NCBI GenBank assembly: GCA_965219455.1 | Contig: OZ244744.1 | Span: forward strand, 576,001-640,000 | Reading direction: 5' to 3' | Origin: Candidatus Latescibacterota bacterium | GTDB taxonomy: Bacteria; Latescibacterota; UBA2968; GCA-2709665 | Length of the DNA stretch: 64,000 bases | In this document: one piece after another, positions 30,961 through 41,128 of the stretch | Position numbering within the stretch: the stretch's first letter is position 1 | How the letters are laid out: every line of letters begins with the position of its first letter | The notes under the pieces: generated by a model | The model's input: only the letters and a program-made list of their open reading frames with translations | Database searches by the model: none | Told to the model about the DNA's origin: nothing | Program-made: the position numbers and the translations under genes

Positions 30961-31740
30961 ATGGACGCTTTCAAACGCTTACTTCAATCCCTCCGGGAAT
31001 CCGTACTCGGGTTCGTATACCCCCCGCACTGTCTGCTGTGCCGAACGCCGCTGGACGAATCAGACGGTCTATGCCACGCGTGCTGGGAGACACTGGGCAT
31101 CATCAATGGCCCGCGGTGCGGCCGTTGCGGATGTCCCGGGCATTCCTATCCATGCGTGAACTGCGCGGACAAGGATTTCGTATTTTCCCGGTTGTATGCG
31201 CTCACGCCGTTCAGTCAATCGGTGCAGCGTCTGGTTCACATGTTGAAATACCAGGGCCAGACCGTCGCCGGTCAGACCCTGGGCCGTGCATTGGGGCGGA
31301 TGCTGGCGGGTGAACCGCTTACGGCGGCCCGGCCGGTCGTGGTGCCCGTGCCCCTTCACGGGAGCAGGCTGCGGGAACGGGGCTACAACCAGAGTGTGTT
31401 GATTGCCCGGGCCCTGGCACGGGTGATGGATGTGTCCGTTGAGGAACGGGCGCTGAAGCGTGTACGTGCCACGGACACCCAGACGACCCTGGATTCGGCG
31501 GAACGCGGCGCGAATATGGAAGGGGCCTTCCGCGGACGCCGGAACGATCTGGTCAGAGACCGCCAGGTTCTGCTCGTGGACGATGTGGTTACCACGGGGG
31601 CCACGGCCAATGCATGCGCCGCGGCGCTGCTGGAAGCGGGCGCATCCGAAGTCGTCGTGGCGGCCTTGGCATGTCCGTACTTTGACGCGAAAAAAACGGG
31701 TGCCAGGGTGGACGACCCGGGCTCCCACCTTTTCATCTAA
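30961..31740 (+). CDS. comF: ComF family protein
   Basis: Double zinc ribbon, RGYNQ and LVDDVVTTGAT motifs. Confidence 0.9.
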   Translation: MDAFKRLLQSLRESVLGFVYPPHCLLCRTPLDESDGLCHACWETLGIINGPRCGRCGCPGHSYPCVNCADKDFVFSRLYALTPFSQSVQRLVHMLKYQGQTVAGQTLGRALGRMLAGEPLTAARPVVVPVPLHGSRLRERGYNQSVLIARALARVMDVSVEERALKRVRATDTQTTLDSAERGANMEGAFRGRRNDLVRDRQVLLVDDVVTTGATANACAAALLEAGASEVVVAALACPYFDAKKTGARVDDPGSHLFI

Positions 31741-31776
31741 CGCGTTGATTCCAAACACTTTGACAAAAAAAACAGC

Positions 31777-31805
31777 TTGACACTAAGCGAGGGATGTCTT
31801 AAATT
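31777..31805 (+). promoter_or_regulatory. Putative sigma70 promoter of the glycolytic cluster
   Basis: TTGACA-N17-TAAATT. Confidence 0.55.
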
Positions 31806-31952
31806 TACTCTTTCCCAACCGGTAGTTTTTCGGGTAGGAAGCCGTGCAAACGGACCCCATCCGTGCGACAATTCATGCGTTACAATCGGACCTCGTGTTC
31901 TGTCCCGGAAATAGATTGCCTAAATTCGGCCGCGGAGTCGCCCGGCTGGCAT

Positions 31953-31993
31953 CCCTTCGACAAGCTCAGGGCGGCGCCTTCGACAGGCTCAGG
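31953..31993 (+). repeat. CTTCGACA(A/G)GCTCAG REP-like repeat (also at 42810-42871 and 48655-48790)
   Basis: CCCTTCGACAAGCTCAGGGC..CCTTCGACAGGCTCAGG. Confidence 0.75.
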
Positions 31994-32066
31994 AACCGGC
32001 GCCTGAGCGAGGCGACCTGGGCAAGGTCGGCGAGTGATGGCAACGCTGCGAGACGGGATGAATCGG

Positions 32067-32102
32067 CCTGCCTGTGCGTGCTGTCTCACGCACGCAGACA
32101 GG
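32067..32102. repeat. Second copy of the CCTGCCTG...CAGACAGG palindrome
   Basis: Same arms as 12023-12055 with a different loop. Confidence 0.8.
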
Positions 32103-32154
32103 CGGATGATTGGTGACATATTTCTGGGACGGGACACTGGCGCGGAGCGCACCT

Positions 32155-33192
32155 ATGGCGATCAGGCGTGTTGGCATTTTAACCGGCGGCGGCGATTGCC
32201 CCGGGCTGAATGCGGTAATACGTGCGGTTACGCGGAAGGGGATAGACGCGTACGGATACGAGATCGTGGGCGTTCTGCTGGGTTGGAGGGGTATGCTCGA
32301 GTCGGTTTCCACGCCGCTGGACCTGAATGCGGTCTCGGGTATTCTGCCCAGAGGAGGGACTATTCTGGGCACGTCCAGGACCAACCCGTATAAAGAGCCC
32401 AACGGCAGCAACATGGTGAAACAGAATTTTGTGAAGATGGGGCTGGATGCGCTGATTGCCGTTGGCGGAGACGACACGGTCGGCGTGGCCAGCAGGCTGT
32501 ACGAAGACGGTCTAAACGTAATTGGCGTGCCAAAAACCATCGATAACGACCTGGACGGCACGGACCAGACCTTCGGCTTCGATACGGCAATCAATATTGT
32601 CACGGAGGCCATCGACAGGTTGCATACCACCGCCGAGTCCCACAATCGCGTGATGGTCGTAGAGGTGATGGGACGCCACGCGGGATGGATTGCCGTCGAG
32701 GCCGGCATTGCAGGCGGCGCGGACATGGTCCTGATTCCCGAAAAGCCGGTCGAACTGGAGATGGTCTGCGCCTCCATCCAGAAACGCCACGACCGCGGAA
32801 AAACCTTCAGTATCGTGGTGGTTGCCGAGGGCGCCAAGTTGTCCGATGAATCCCACGTCCTTCAGTCCGAGGAACGCGATGCCTTCGGCCACGTCCGTCT
32901 GGGCGGGATTGGAATCGTCCTTGGCGAAGAAATTGAAAGACGAACGGGGTTTGAAACCCGGGTGACCGTGCTGGGCCACATCCAGCGCGGAGGCAACCCC
33001 ACTGCGTTCGATCGGGTCCTGGGTACCCGCTTCGGCATTGCTGCAATCGACCTGGCGCACGCCGGAGATTTCGGAAATATGGTGGCGCTCCGGGGTACGG
33101 ATATCGTCCCGGTGCCGCTGAAAGAAGCGGTATCGAAGCTGCGCACCGTGGATATGAACCTGTACGATATCGCCAGGGTCTTTTTCGGCTGA
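32155..33192 (+). CDS. pfkA: 6-phosphofructokinase (PfkA family; PPi-type signature)
   Basis: GGDCPGLN, GGDD, PKTIDND and MGR motifs. Confidence 0.93.
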   Translation: MAIRRVGILTGGGDCPGLNAVIRAVTRKGIDAYGYEIVGVLLGWRGMLESVSTPLDLNAVSGILPRGGTILGTSRTNPYKEPNGSNMVKQNFVKMGLDALIAVGGDDTVGVASRLYEDGLNVIGVPKTIDNDLDGTDQTFGFDTAINIVTEAIDRLHTTAESHNRVMVVEVMGRHAGWIAVEAGIAGGADMVLIPEKPVELEMVCASIQKRHDRGKTFSIVVVAEGAKLSDESHVLQSEERDAFGHVRLGGIGIVLGEEIERRTGFETRVTVLGHIQRGGNPTAFDRVLGTRFGIAAIDLAHAGDFGNMVALRGTDIVPVPLKEAVSKLRTVDMNLYDIARVFFG

Positions 33193-33241
33193 CCGAGACA
33201 TTCAGCGGTGACGGGTTTTAAATTGACCTGGAGGTAGACAA

Positions 33242-34255
33242 ATGGCGATCAAGGTGGCCATTAACGGATTCGGGCGAATAGGCCGGCTGGTATTCCGGGC
33301 GGCGATGCGCAGAGCCCGCATCGACGTGGTGGCGGTGAACGACCTGACCGACGCCGGTACGCTGGGACATCTGCTGAAGTACGACTCGATACACGGAAGA
33401 TATCCAGGTCATATCGAAATCAGGGAAAAATCGCTGGCCGTGAACGGCAACGAGGTCATCGTGCTGGCGGAACGCGACCCGGTGATGCTGCCGTGGCGGT
33501 CTCTCGGGGTGGACGTGGTGATCGAGTCCACCGGGTTCTTCACGGATAAAGACAGCGCCGGCAAACATCTCGACGCGGGTGCCGGGCAGGTGATCATCTC
33601 GGCTCCGGCCAGGGGCGACGTGCCTACGGTGGTGATGGGCATTAACCATGAGACATTGAACCCGCACGACAGGGTGATTTCCAATGCTTCCTGTACCACC
33701 AACTGTCTGGCCCCTATGGTGAGCGTGTTGCAGGAGGCGTTCGGCGTCGAGAAGGGGCTGATGACAACCATTCACGCCTATACCGGCGACCAGCGTATGA
33801 TCGATGCGCCGCACTCGGATCTGCGCAGGGCGAGGTCCGCAGCCGTGTCCATGATCCCGACAACAACCGGCGCGGCCAGCGCCGTCGGCAAGGTGATTCC
33901 CGAGTTGAACGGCAACCTGGACGGGATGGCCGTGCGCGTTCCCACGCCTGACGGTTCCTATACGGATTTTGTGGCCATGTTGCGGAGCCCGGCTACCACA
34001 GAGTCGGTCAACGACGCATTCAAGGCGGCTTCCGATGGCCGTCTGAAGGGAATTCTGGAGTATTCGGACGAGCCCCTTGTCTCAGCGGATATAATCGGCA
34101 ACCCCCACTCCTGTGTCTTCGATTCGGAAATGACAACGGTCATGGGCGGGAATATGGTAAAGGTGTGCGGTTGGTACGATAACGAATGGGCGTATTCCTG
34201 CCGGTGCGTGGATCTCGTCGAGGCGTTGGACAAAGCCCGACGGGCGGACAGGTAG
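33242..34255 (+). CDS. gap: Glyceraldehyde-3-phosphate dehydrogenase
   Basis: INGFGRIG, ASCTTNCL and WYDNE motifs. Confidence 0.96.
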   Translation: MAIKVAINGFGRIGRLVFRAAMRRARIDVVAVNDLTDAGTLGHLLKYDSIHGRYPGHIEIREKSLAVNGNEVIVLAERDPVMLPWRSLGVDVVIESTGFFTDKDSAGKHLDAGAGQVIISAPARGDVPTVVMGINHETLNPHDRVISNASCTTNCLAPMVSVLQEAFGVEKGLMTTIHAYTGDQRMIDAPHSDLRRARSAAVSMIPTTTGAASAVGKVIPELNGNLDGMAVRVPTPDGSYTDFVAMLRSPATTESVNDAFKAASDGRLKGILEYSDEPLVSADIIGNPHSCVFDSEMTTVMGGNMVKVCGWYDNEWAYSCRCVDLVEALDKARRADR

Positions 34256-34551
34256 GCTTCCAACGGGAGACGGCCGCCCGACGTCGGGCGAGCCCTGGAC
34301 TCGCTCAAAAAATGCATATAAGTAGGCCGCTTTCGGACGAACGTACCGATAAGCGGGAATACGGGAGCCAGACCACGCGGGATGCGAGCGCGTGAAGGCT
34401 CCCTATCTTATGGCATCCGGAAGGGAAAATCGCGCTGGTGGAATGGGATGCGGTTTTGGAGAAAGCGATAGACGCTTTCAAGTTGCCCTCGTGGAGAGAT
34501 GAAACGATTCCGGTGAAGTCCGACCGGAGGGCGGCCCGAGGTACTCGGATT

Positions 34552-35745
34552 ATAGCTAAACTTTCGATTACGGATCTGGAGCTTGCCGGACGGCGGGTGC
34601 TGGTACGGGTGGATTTCAACGTGCCGCTCCAGAACGGTGAGATTGGGGACGACACGCGGATCCGGGCCGCTGTGCCCACGGTCCGATACATCCTGGAGCG
34701 GGGAGGCGTTCCGATTCTGATGTCGCACCTCGGAAGGCCCAACGGACGCGCCACACCCGAGCTTTCGTTAAAGCCCGCGGCTGAACGCCTGGGCGAACTG
34801 CTGGGGCGCGAGGTCGTGATGGCGCCGGATTGCGTGGGTCCGGAGGTGGAAGCGCTTGCAAAACGCACGGATGGCGTGGTATTGCTGGAGAATTTGAGGT
34901 TTCACGCGGCGGAAGAGGCGAACGATCCCGAATTCGCCCGCCAACTCTGTGAATTGGGTTCGGCCTTTGTGAACGATGCATTCGGAACGGCTCACCGGGC
35001 GCATGCATCCACGGAAGGAGTCACCCATCACTTCGTGGACTGCGCGGCGGGGTTCCTGATGCAGCGGGAACTGGAATCTCTGGAAAAAGCATTGTCGGCG
35101 CCTGCGAGGCCGTTCGTTGCGGTCATGGGAGGCGCGAAGATTTCGGGAAAGATCGACGTCATCCAGCATCTGCTGTCCGTCGTTGATACGCTCCTTATTG
35201 GCGGCGGTATGGCGTACACGTTCTTCAAGGCGATGGGATTGGAGATCGGGCGGTCCCTGCTGGAGGTGGACCGCGTAGGGATGGCTGAAATCCTCCTGCA
35301 GCGCGCCGCTGCCTCAGAGGTCCGGTTGCTGCTGCCTACCGACTGCGTGGTTGCGGCCGAGGCGCGCACGGGCGCGGCGTCTCAGGTTGTGCCACGTGAC
35401 GGAATGCCGGCGGATCTGGAGGGGTTCGATATCGGGCCCGATACGCGGGAGAAATTCTCGGAAGAGATCCTGAACGCCGGATCCGTGGTGTGGAATGGGC
35501 CGATGGGCGTGTCGGAGATTCCTACCTTTGCCCCTGGCACGCTGGCGGTGGCGACCGCCGTTGCGGAGGCTTCGTCGCGTGGCGCCAATACCCTCGCGGG
35601 CGGCGGAGAAACGGTAGCGGCGTTGACGACATGCGGTCTTGCGGACCGGTTGGGGCATGTTTCCACGGGCGGCGGGGCCTTCCTGGAATACCTGGAGGGT
35701 GGCGTATTGCCGGGCGTGGCTGCGTTGTCTGAGCGTCAGACGTAA
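34552..35745 (+). CDS. pgk: Phosphoglycerate kinase (ATA at the expected start position)
   Basis: RVDFNVP, LENLRF, DAFGTAHRAH and STGGGA motifs. Confidence 0.93.
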   Translation: MAKLSITDLELAGRRVLVRVDFNVPLQNGEIGDDTRIRAAVPTVRYILERGGVPILMSHLGRPNGRATPELSLKPAAERLGELLGREVVMAPDCVGPEVEALAKRTDGVVLLENLRFHAAEEANDPEFARQLCELGSAFVNDAFGTAHRAHASTEGVTHHFVDCAAGFLMQRELESLEKALSAPARPFVAVMGGAKISGKIDVIQHLLSVVDTLLIGGGMAYTFFKAMGLEIGRSLLEVDRVGMAEILLQRAAASEVRLLLPTDCVVAAEARTGAASQVVPRDGMPADLEGFDIGPDTREKFSEEILNAGSVVWNGPMGVSEIPTFAPGTLAVATAVAEASSRGANTLAGGGETVAALTTCGLADRLGHVSTGGGAFLEYLEGGVLPGVAALSERQT

Positions 35746-35785
35746 AACACCCGATGCGAGTCAGTATTTCTGTGCGGAGATGGAG

Positions 35786-36556
35786 ATGCGCGTACCCATT
35801 GTGGCGGGCAATTGGAAAATGCACAAGACGTCGGACGACGCGGAGGACCTTGCGCGGGGGGTTGTGGATGCCGTGAAAGGTAACGTAAACGTAGAGGTCG
35901 TGGTTTGTCCCGCCTTTACGGTTCTCGAGCGCGTACACAGAGGGTTGACAGGCAGTTCTGTAAAGTTGGGCGGGCAGAATCTGCACTGGGAGGGTGAAGG
36001 GGCGTTTACCGGGGAGATTTCGGCAGGGATGCTGTTGACATGCGGATGTGAGTACGTTATATTAGGGCACTCTGAACGGCGCACCTACTTCGGCGAAACG
36101 GATACAACTGTAAATCAGCGGCTTAGGGCTGCACTGGGCGCCGGGTTGAAGCCAATCGTCTGTGTGGGTGAAACCATCGACGAGCGACAATCCGGGGCAA
36201 CCGAACGGGTGGTGCGGCGGCAGGTAACGGCGGCTTTCGGTCATGTACAGGCCCCGGATGCCGCCGGTTGTGTGGTCGCCTACGAACCCGTGTGGGCCAT
36301 CGGAACGGGGCTGACAGCCACGCCCGAACAGGCCGAATCCGTTCATACTTCGATTCGCGGGGTATTGCGGGGTCTCTACAACAACAACGTCGCGCAGGCG
36401 GTGCGCATCCAATATGGGGGATCCGTCAAGCCGGAGAATGCCCCCGATCTGTTTTCCCGGCCCGATATCGACGGTGGATTGATCGGCGGGGCTTCGCTGG
36501 AGCCCGGTGCGTTCGCGGCCATCGTAAAAGCGGCGAATTGGCCCGATCTGGTTTAG
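35786..36556 (+). CDS. tpiA: Triosephosphate isomerase
   Basis: AGNWKM, GHSERR and AYEPVWAIGTG motifs. Confidence 0.96.
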   Translation: MRVPIVAGNWKMHKTSDDAEDLARGVVDAVKGNVNVEVVVCPAFTVLERVHRGLTGSSVKLGGQNLHWEGEGAFTGEISAGMLLTCGCEYVILGHSERRTYFGETDTTVNQRLRAALGAGLKPIVCVGETIDERQSGATERVVRRQVTAAFGHVQAPDAAGCVVAYEPVWAIGTGLTATPEQAESVHTSIRGVLRGLYNNNVAQAVRIQYGGSVKPENAPDLFSRPDIDGGLIGGASLEPGAFAAIVKAANWPDLV

Positions 36557-36564
36557 GATTCAAT

Positions 36565-36960
36565 ATGGCAACCTTTCTTCTGATCGTACATGTTCTGATC
36601 TGCCTGGTTTTGATCATTATCATCCTCTTGCAGGCCAGCAAGGGGGGTGGGCTGTCCACCGCGTTTGGCGGGGGCGGCGGCGGAAGCGCAATGTTCGGCG
36701 GGGCGGGCGCCGCGACCTTTCTCAGCAGGGTCACGACGGTTCTTGCGGTGGCATTTTTCCTGACCTGTATCAGCCTCTGGTATGCGTCCAGGGGTGACAG
36801 TACGGCGCCGGATACCGCAGCCGAGCGGGCGCTTCTGGAACAGCCCGCGCCGCTCCGGAGCACGCCTGCAGGCCTGCCTCAGCCGCTGAATCAGAGGGGA
36901 CAGGGAACGGCAACCGAACGTACCACGCCGGCAACGTCGCCGGCCGACTCAGGACGGTAA
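36565..36960 (+). CDS. secG: Preprotein translocase subunit SecG
   Basis: Two TM helices with ILLQ..KGGGL; conserved position after tpiA. Confidence 0.9.
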   Translation: MATFLLIVHVLICLVLIIIILLQASKGGGLSTAFGGGGGGSAMFGGAGAATFLSRVTTVLAVAFFLTCISLWYASRGDSTAPDTAAERALLEQPAPLRSTPAGLPQPLNQRGQGTATERTTPATSPADSGR

Positions 36961-37068
36961 CGATTCCCGCCGACCCGCGAGACCTCACGAGTTGAATGAG
37001 AGCGGGTGTCGGCCAATCGGCCTGAATCAGGTTCTCCGAAGGGTCCGGCAGAGGGTTGGTTCTCTTTT

Positions 37069-37155
37069 GCCGAAGTGGTGGAAATGGTAGACACGCTGTG
37101 TTGAGGGCGCAGTGGGCGCATGCCCGTCCGAGTTCGAATCTCGGCTTCGGCACCA
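37069..37155 (+). tRNA. tRNA-Leu(GAG)
   Basis: GCCGAAG acceptor stem, anticodon loop TTGAGGG, long variable arm, GTTCGAATC, CCA end. Confidence 0.95.
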
Positions 37156-37162
37156 TAAAAAA

Positions 37163-37198
37163 CAAAGGGTTACGCCAACAAGGCGTAACCTTTTTTTC
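37163..37198 (+). terminator. Rho-independent (possibly bidirectional) terminator
   Basis: GGTTACGCC-AACAA-GGCGTAACC followed by a T run. Confidence 0.8.
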
Positions 37199-37290
37199 TG
37201 CACTTTCGCGTGCGCGAACTCCCCGGTCGTTCGGCCGTCCCCTCCACGTCTCACTCCCCCACACCGCTACGGCTCGCGCCGCTTCGCAGG

Positions 37291-38424
37291 CTACCAGTTC
37301 GTGAACGATCCGTCTTCCCGATGAAGGCGGGGGCCGTGCCCCCACCGGAACGGATATTTTCCGGCTGCGGCTTCGTTGAATTCAACCCCCAGCCCGGGGC
37401 GGTCGGGCGCAATCAGGTAACCCGAATCGTACGGCGCCTGTACGGGAAACAGGTCCTCCATGACGGTGCGGCCAACCAGACCGCCTTCCTGCACGGCAAA
37501 GTTGTCCGTGGCAACGTCCAGGTGGAGGCAGGCGGCAGCCGAAACCGGTCCAAGCGGGTTGTGGGGCACGATTTTGATGTAGTGGGTCTCGCACCAGTTG
37601 GCCACCTTGCGAGCCTCGGTGAGACCGCCCACAATACAGAGGTCGATGCGCGCATAGTCGGCCAGTTCTTCTTCAATGAGCTGGCGGAATTCCCACTTGG
37701 TAGCGTAGTGTTCCCCCACGGCGAGCGGACAGTTCACGTGGTCGCGCACCAGTCGGTAGGTTTGAGGGTTTTCACACCTGAGCGGGTCTTCGATGAAGAA
37801 AGGATCGTACGGTTCCAGCTTGCGGCCCAGTCGGATGGTGTCGGGCGGGTCCAGCCGGGTGTGAACGTCGATGCAGATTTCGATTTCCGGGCCAACGGCC
37901 TCGCGAGCCGCGACGAAATGCGCAACGGAGTCCCGAACGGCCGTTGAGGGCTCCAGGACGCCGTCACGATCGAGGACGGACATGCGGAGATATTTCCACC
38001 CTTCGGAGACCCGGTCCTTCGCTGAACGGGCCGTTTCTTCAGGGGTCCCGCCCCCGATGCCGGTATAACAGACCACGCGGTCCCGGAGCCTGCCGCCCAG
38101 GAGCATATAAACCGGCTGGCCCAGGGCCTTGCCCTTGATGTCCCACAGGGCGATATCGATCGCGCTCTGTGCGGCCATTTGAATTCGCCCGCCGGGGAAG
38201 AAGTCGCCCCTGAAAAGGATCTGCCATATGTATTCTATGTTGAGGGGATCCCGGCCGATAAGGTCGGAGGTCATGTGCCGGATGGCGCCAACGCCTGCCT
38301 GCTCTTTCCACGTGATGCCGAATTCACCCACGCCGTAGATGCCTTCGTCGGTTTCAATCTTGACAAAGAGGTAGTTTCGGGAACCGTAGAAGACCGGAAA
38401 GGTTTTGACCTCTGTTATTTTCAT
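37291..38424 (-). CDS. Mandelate racemase/galactonate dehydratase-like enolase-superfamily enzyme
   Basis: SAIDIALWDIKGK, IDVH, FIEDP, VGE and PHN motifs. Confidence 0.88.
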   Translation of the reverse strand: MKITEVKTFPVFYGSRNYLFVKIETDEGIYGVGEFGITWKEQAGVGAIRHMTSDLIGRDPLNIEYIWQILFRGDFFPGGRIQMAAQSAIDIALWDIKGKALGQPVYMLLGGRLRDRVVCYTGIGGGTPEETARSAKDRVSEGWKYLRMSVLDRDGVLEPSTAVRDSVAHFVAAREAVGPEIEICIDVHTRLDPPDTIRLGRKLEPYDPFFIEDPLRCENPQTYRLVRDHVNCPLAVGEHYATKWEFRQLIEEELADYARIDLCIVGGLTEARKVANWCETHYIKIVPHNPLGPVSAAACLHLDVATDNFAVQEGGLVGRTVMEDLFPVQAPYDSGYLIAPDRPGLGVEFNEAAAGKYPFRWGHGPRLHREDGSFTNW

Positions 38425-38528
38425 CAGAGCCTCGCTTTCTCGCGAATCTGGAAGCTGCTTTAAAATCCCCCGGTGAGTTCCCGAGCTCGAGCGAAAACCG
38501 CTGGGTATTTTAAGACAGCTTTTAGTCG

Positions 38529-40151
38529 TCACGCCTGATCGGGATACAACCAGGGCACCTGCCGGATGAGGCTATCGCGTTGTTCCTGCATCACGACTTC
38601 GATAACGGTCGGTCCCTCGAGGCCGATTACGTCGGCGAATACGGCGGGGAAACGGTCGGGTTCTTCCACGCGAACGCCGCGGGCGCCCATGGAACGGGCG
38701 AGGTCGGCGATGCGTGGCGTCTGCATATCCGTGTCGATGGTTCGGCCGTTGAATGCCTTGGCCTGGGCGCCCCGGATCGCGCTCAGGCTGCCGTCGTTAA
38801 TGACCACGCAGATGACTTCGATCCCGTGTTCGGCGGCGGTAGCCAGTTCGAAAGCGGTCATCTGAAAGCCGCCGTCGCCGCAGAAGGCCGCCACCTGCCG
38901 GTGCGGTTGGGCGATTTTCGCGCCTATGGCCGCAGGCGCCGCAAAACCGAGGGTGACCGAATGGCAGGGATACATAAAGCAGCGGGGATGGTCCACGGGG
39001 AATTCGTCGAAGGACCTGTAACCGATGGAGGTCACGTCCACGGACACGACGGCGTCTGGTTCGAGGCTGTCTCTCATCGCGGACATGATCGGCAACGGGC
39101 GACGCGACCGGGCGATTTCACGTCGTGATCGATCCAGCGCGTCGTTCCAGGTGTTGACCGGCTTTCCGGTCCCGTTCAGCACGTCCAGGAGCGCGGGTAG
39201 AGACTGCTTCAGGTCCCCTGACGCACCCGCGTCAATGGGAATTTCTCGACCGAGTTCGGCCGGGTCCGGATCGATTTGCACGCGCGCGGACGGCATTTCC
39301 ATGGTCCAGCCGGAGGTGTCGATCTGGGTGAATCGGCAGCCCACGGCGATCAACCCGTCGGCCCGTTGAAGGATGTGTTTAGCCAGCCCGGCGCGGCAGT
39401 GGCCGGCGGACAGCGGGTGGGAGTCGGGGAAGACACCCTTGCCGAGCCGGCTGAAGAGCACGGGCGCGTTGAGGGCTTCGGAAAATGCCCGAAGTTCAGA
39501 GGCCGCGTTCGCGTCGGCCGTATTGCCGCCGGTGAGGATGGCCGGCCGCTCCATGCGAGCGATGACTTCGGCGACGCGACGGAGGTCCGCCGGGTCCGGC
39601 GCGTGCCGGTAACCGTCCACGTACGCGGGGACGTCGGCTTCGCCCTCGGCGGCGGCAACGTCCACGGGCAGTTCGATCACGGCCGGCCCGGGCCTGGGCG
39701 CGCGTAACGCGGCGAAGGCGCCCACGACGGCCTCGGGGATGTCCTCCAGGCGTTCCGGGCGGGCGAAGAACCGGGTGATCGGCGCAAAGAAGGCGGCCTG
39801 GTCAAGGCCGTGGAAGCACTTGCTCCGGTCTCGCCCGTTGAAGGCTACTTCGGTACCGCCCGTGATCAGCAGCACCGGGACGCAGTCCGTGTGGGCGTCG
39901 ACGATCCCGGTGGAAGCGTTCGTGGCGCCCGGGCCCGGGACGGTGAGTGCAACCCCCACTTCGCCCGACGCGCGGGCATATCCGTTGGCGATCAGCGTTG
40001 CGCCCTGTTCGTTTCGGATGAGATAATGGTCGATACCTCCGGCCCGTAACAGAGCGTCGTAAATGTCGATATTCTGATTGCCGGGCATGCCGACGATACA
40101 CCGGATGTTCTGGGCCTTGAGGCTTTGAATCAGAATGTCGGCGCCTGTCAT
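38529..40151 (-). CDS. Thiamine pyrophosphate-binding enzyme (acetolactate synthase-like)
   Basis: RNEQGA, GPGATN and GDGGF..ND motifs. Confidence 0.88.
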   Translation of the reverse strand: MTGADILIQSLKAQNIRCIVGMPGNQNIDIYDALLRAGGIDHYLIRNEQGATLIANGYARASGEVGVALTVPGPGATNASTGIVDAHTDCVPVLLITGGTEVAFNGRDRSKCFHGLDQAAFFAPITRFFARPERLEDIPEAVVGAFAALRAPRPGPAVIELPVDVAAAEGEADVPAYVDGYRHAPDPADLRRVAEVIARMERPAILTGGNTADANAASELRAFSEALNAPVLFSRLGKGVFPDSHPLSAGHCRAGLAKHILQRADGLIAVGCRFTQIDTSGWTMEMPSARVQIDPDPAELGREIPIDAGASGDLKQSLPALLDVLNGTGKPVNTWNDALDRSRREIARSRRPLPIMSAMRDSLEPDAVVSVDVTSIGYRSFDEFPVDHPRCFMYPCHSVTLGFAAPAAIGAKIAQPHRQVAAFCGDGGFQMTAFELATAAEHGIEVICVVINDGSLSAIRGAQAKAFNGRTIDTDMQTPRIADLARSMGARGVRVEEPDRFPAVFADVIGLEGPTVIEVVMQEQRDSLIRQVPWLYPDQA

Positions 40152-40244
40152 GAGACGTCCTCCAATACCCGTTTTGTTGTGAATCCCGGATACCGTATAT
40201 TGAAGCCGCGGGGAACTGTCCACAGATTCGGATTGGGGAAAGAT

Positions 40245-41018
40245 ATGATTTTCTTGCGCCGATGGTTAGGAAAAAAATTGCCAGCCGGTTATTGGCTGCT
40301 GGCAGGCGCGCTTGCAGCCGCGGCGGCAGCCTGCGGGTCCGACGATCCGGCGGGGTCCGGCGAGGAGGGCATGCCACAGTCGCCGGGTATCTATCGCAGG
40401 GTGCTGCTGCCCGGTTCCCAGCGGTATACCATCTCCATACCGGCCGGATACGACACCCGGCAGCCGACGCCGCTGATTCTGTCACTGCACTTCGGCGGAG
40501 CGGTGACGCCATTTTACGGAGGCCAGATGCTGGAGATTCTGGTCCTGCCGGCGCTGGCGGAATTGGGAGCGATTTTCGTGGCGCCCGACGCCACGTCGGG
40601 GGGTTGGAACAACGCGGAAAGCGAGAAAAACGTGCTGGATCTGGTCCGTGCCATCAAGGCCAACTACGCGATTGACGAAGCCAGGACGCTTGTGACGGGT
40701 TTCAGCATGGGCGGGCGGGGCGCCTGGTATATGGCGGCGCGACATCCGGATCTGTTCCGGGCCGCCATTCCGATCTCGGCGCGGCCGGAGGAGAACGCCG
40801 CCGACGTCGACTGGCGGATTCCCCTGCTCGTGATCCACAGTGTGGCGGATGAGGTGATCGCGTTCGAACCAGTGGAAACGACGGTGCGGGCGCTGATTGA
40901 CAAAGGCGTTCGAATCGAGATGATTGTAGTACAGGGTCTGACGCACTTCCAGACCGATCTATTTGTTGCGCCGTTGAAGGCGGCCCTGCCCTGGATCCGT
41001 GAGGCCTGGGCAGAGTAG
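40245..41018 (+). CDS. Secreted/lipoprotein alpha/beta hydrolase
   Basis: AAACG lipobox-like site; GFSMGG nucleophile motif. Confidence 0.75.
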   Translation: MIFLRRWLGKKLPAGYWLLAGALAAAAAACGSDDPAGSGEEGMPQSPGIYRRVLLPGSQRYTISIPAGYDTRQPTPLILSLHFGGAVTPFYGGQMLEILVLPALAELGAIFVAPDATSGGWNNAESEKNVLDLVRAIKANYAIDEARTLVTGFSMGGRGAWYMAARHPDLFRAAIPISARPEENAADVDWRIPLLVIHSVADEVIAFEPVETTVRALIDKGVRIEMIVVQGLTHFQTDLFVAPLKAALPWIREAWAE

Positions 41019-41128
41019 TGTTTTGTCCGGTGCGGCGCGTTCTCTGCATACATGCCGGATTTCTCGAACGCGAAATCTCTGTGCCGGTCCATCGGGATCG
41101 GCTGAAAACGACGGAAGAGGCGCCCGAA

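Noticed and set aside
37069-37200. tRNA-Leu as an integration site
   Set aside because: Followed by a terminator and metabolic genes; no integrase or duplicated tRNA 3' end seen.
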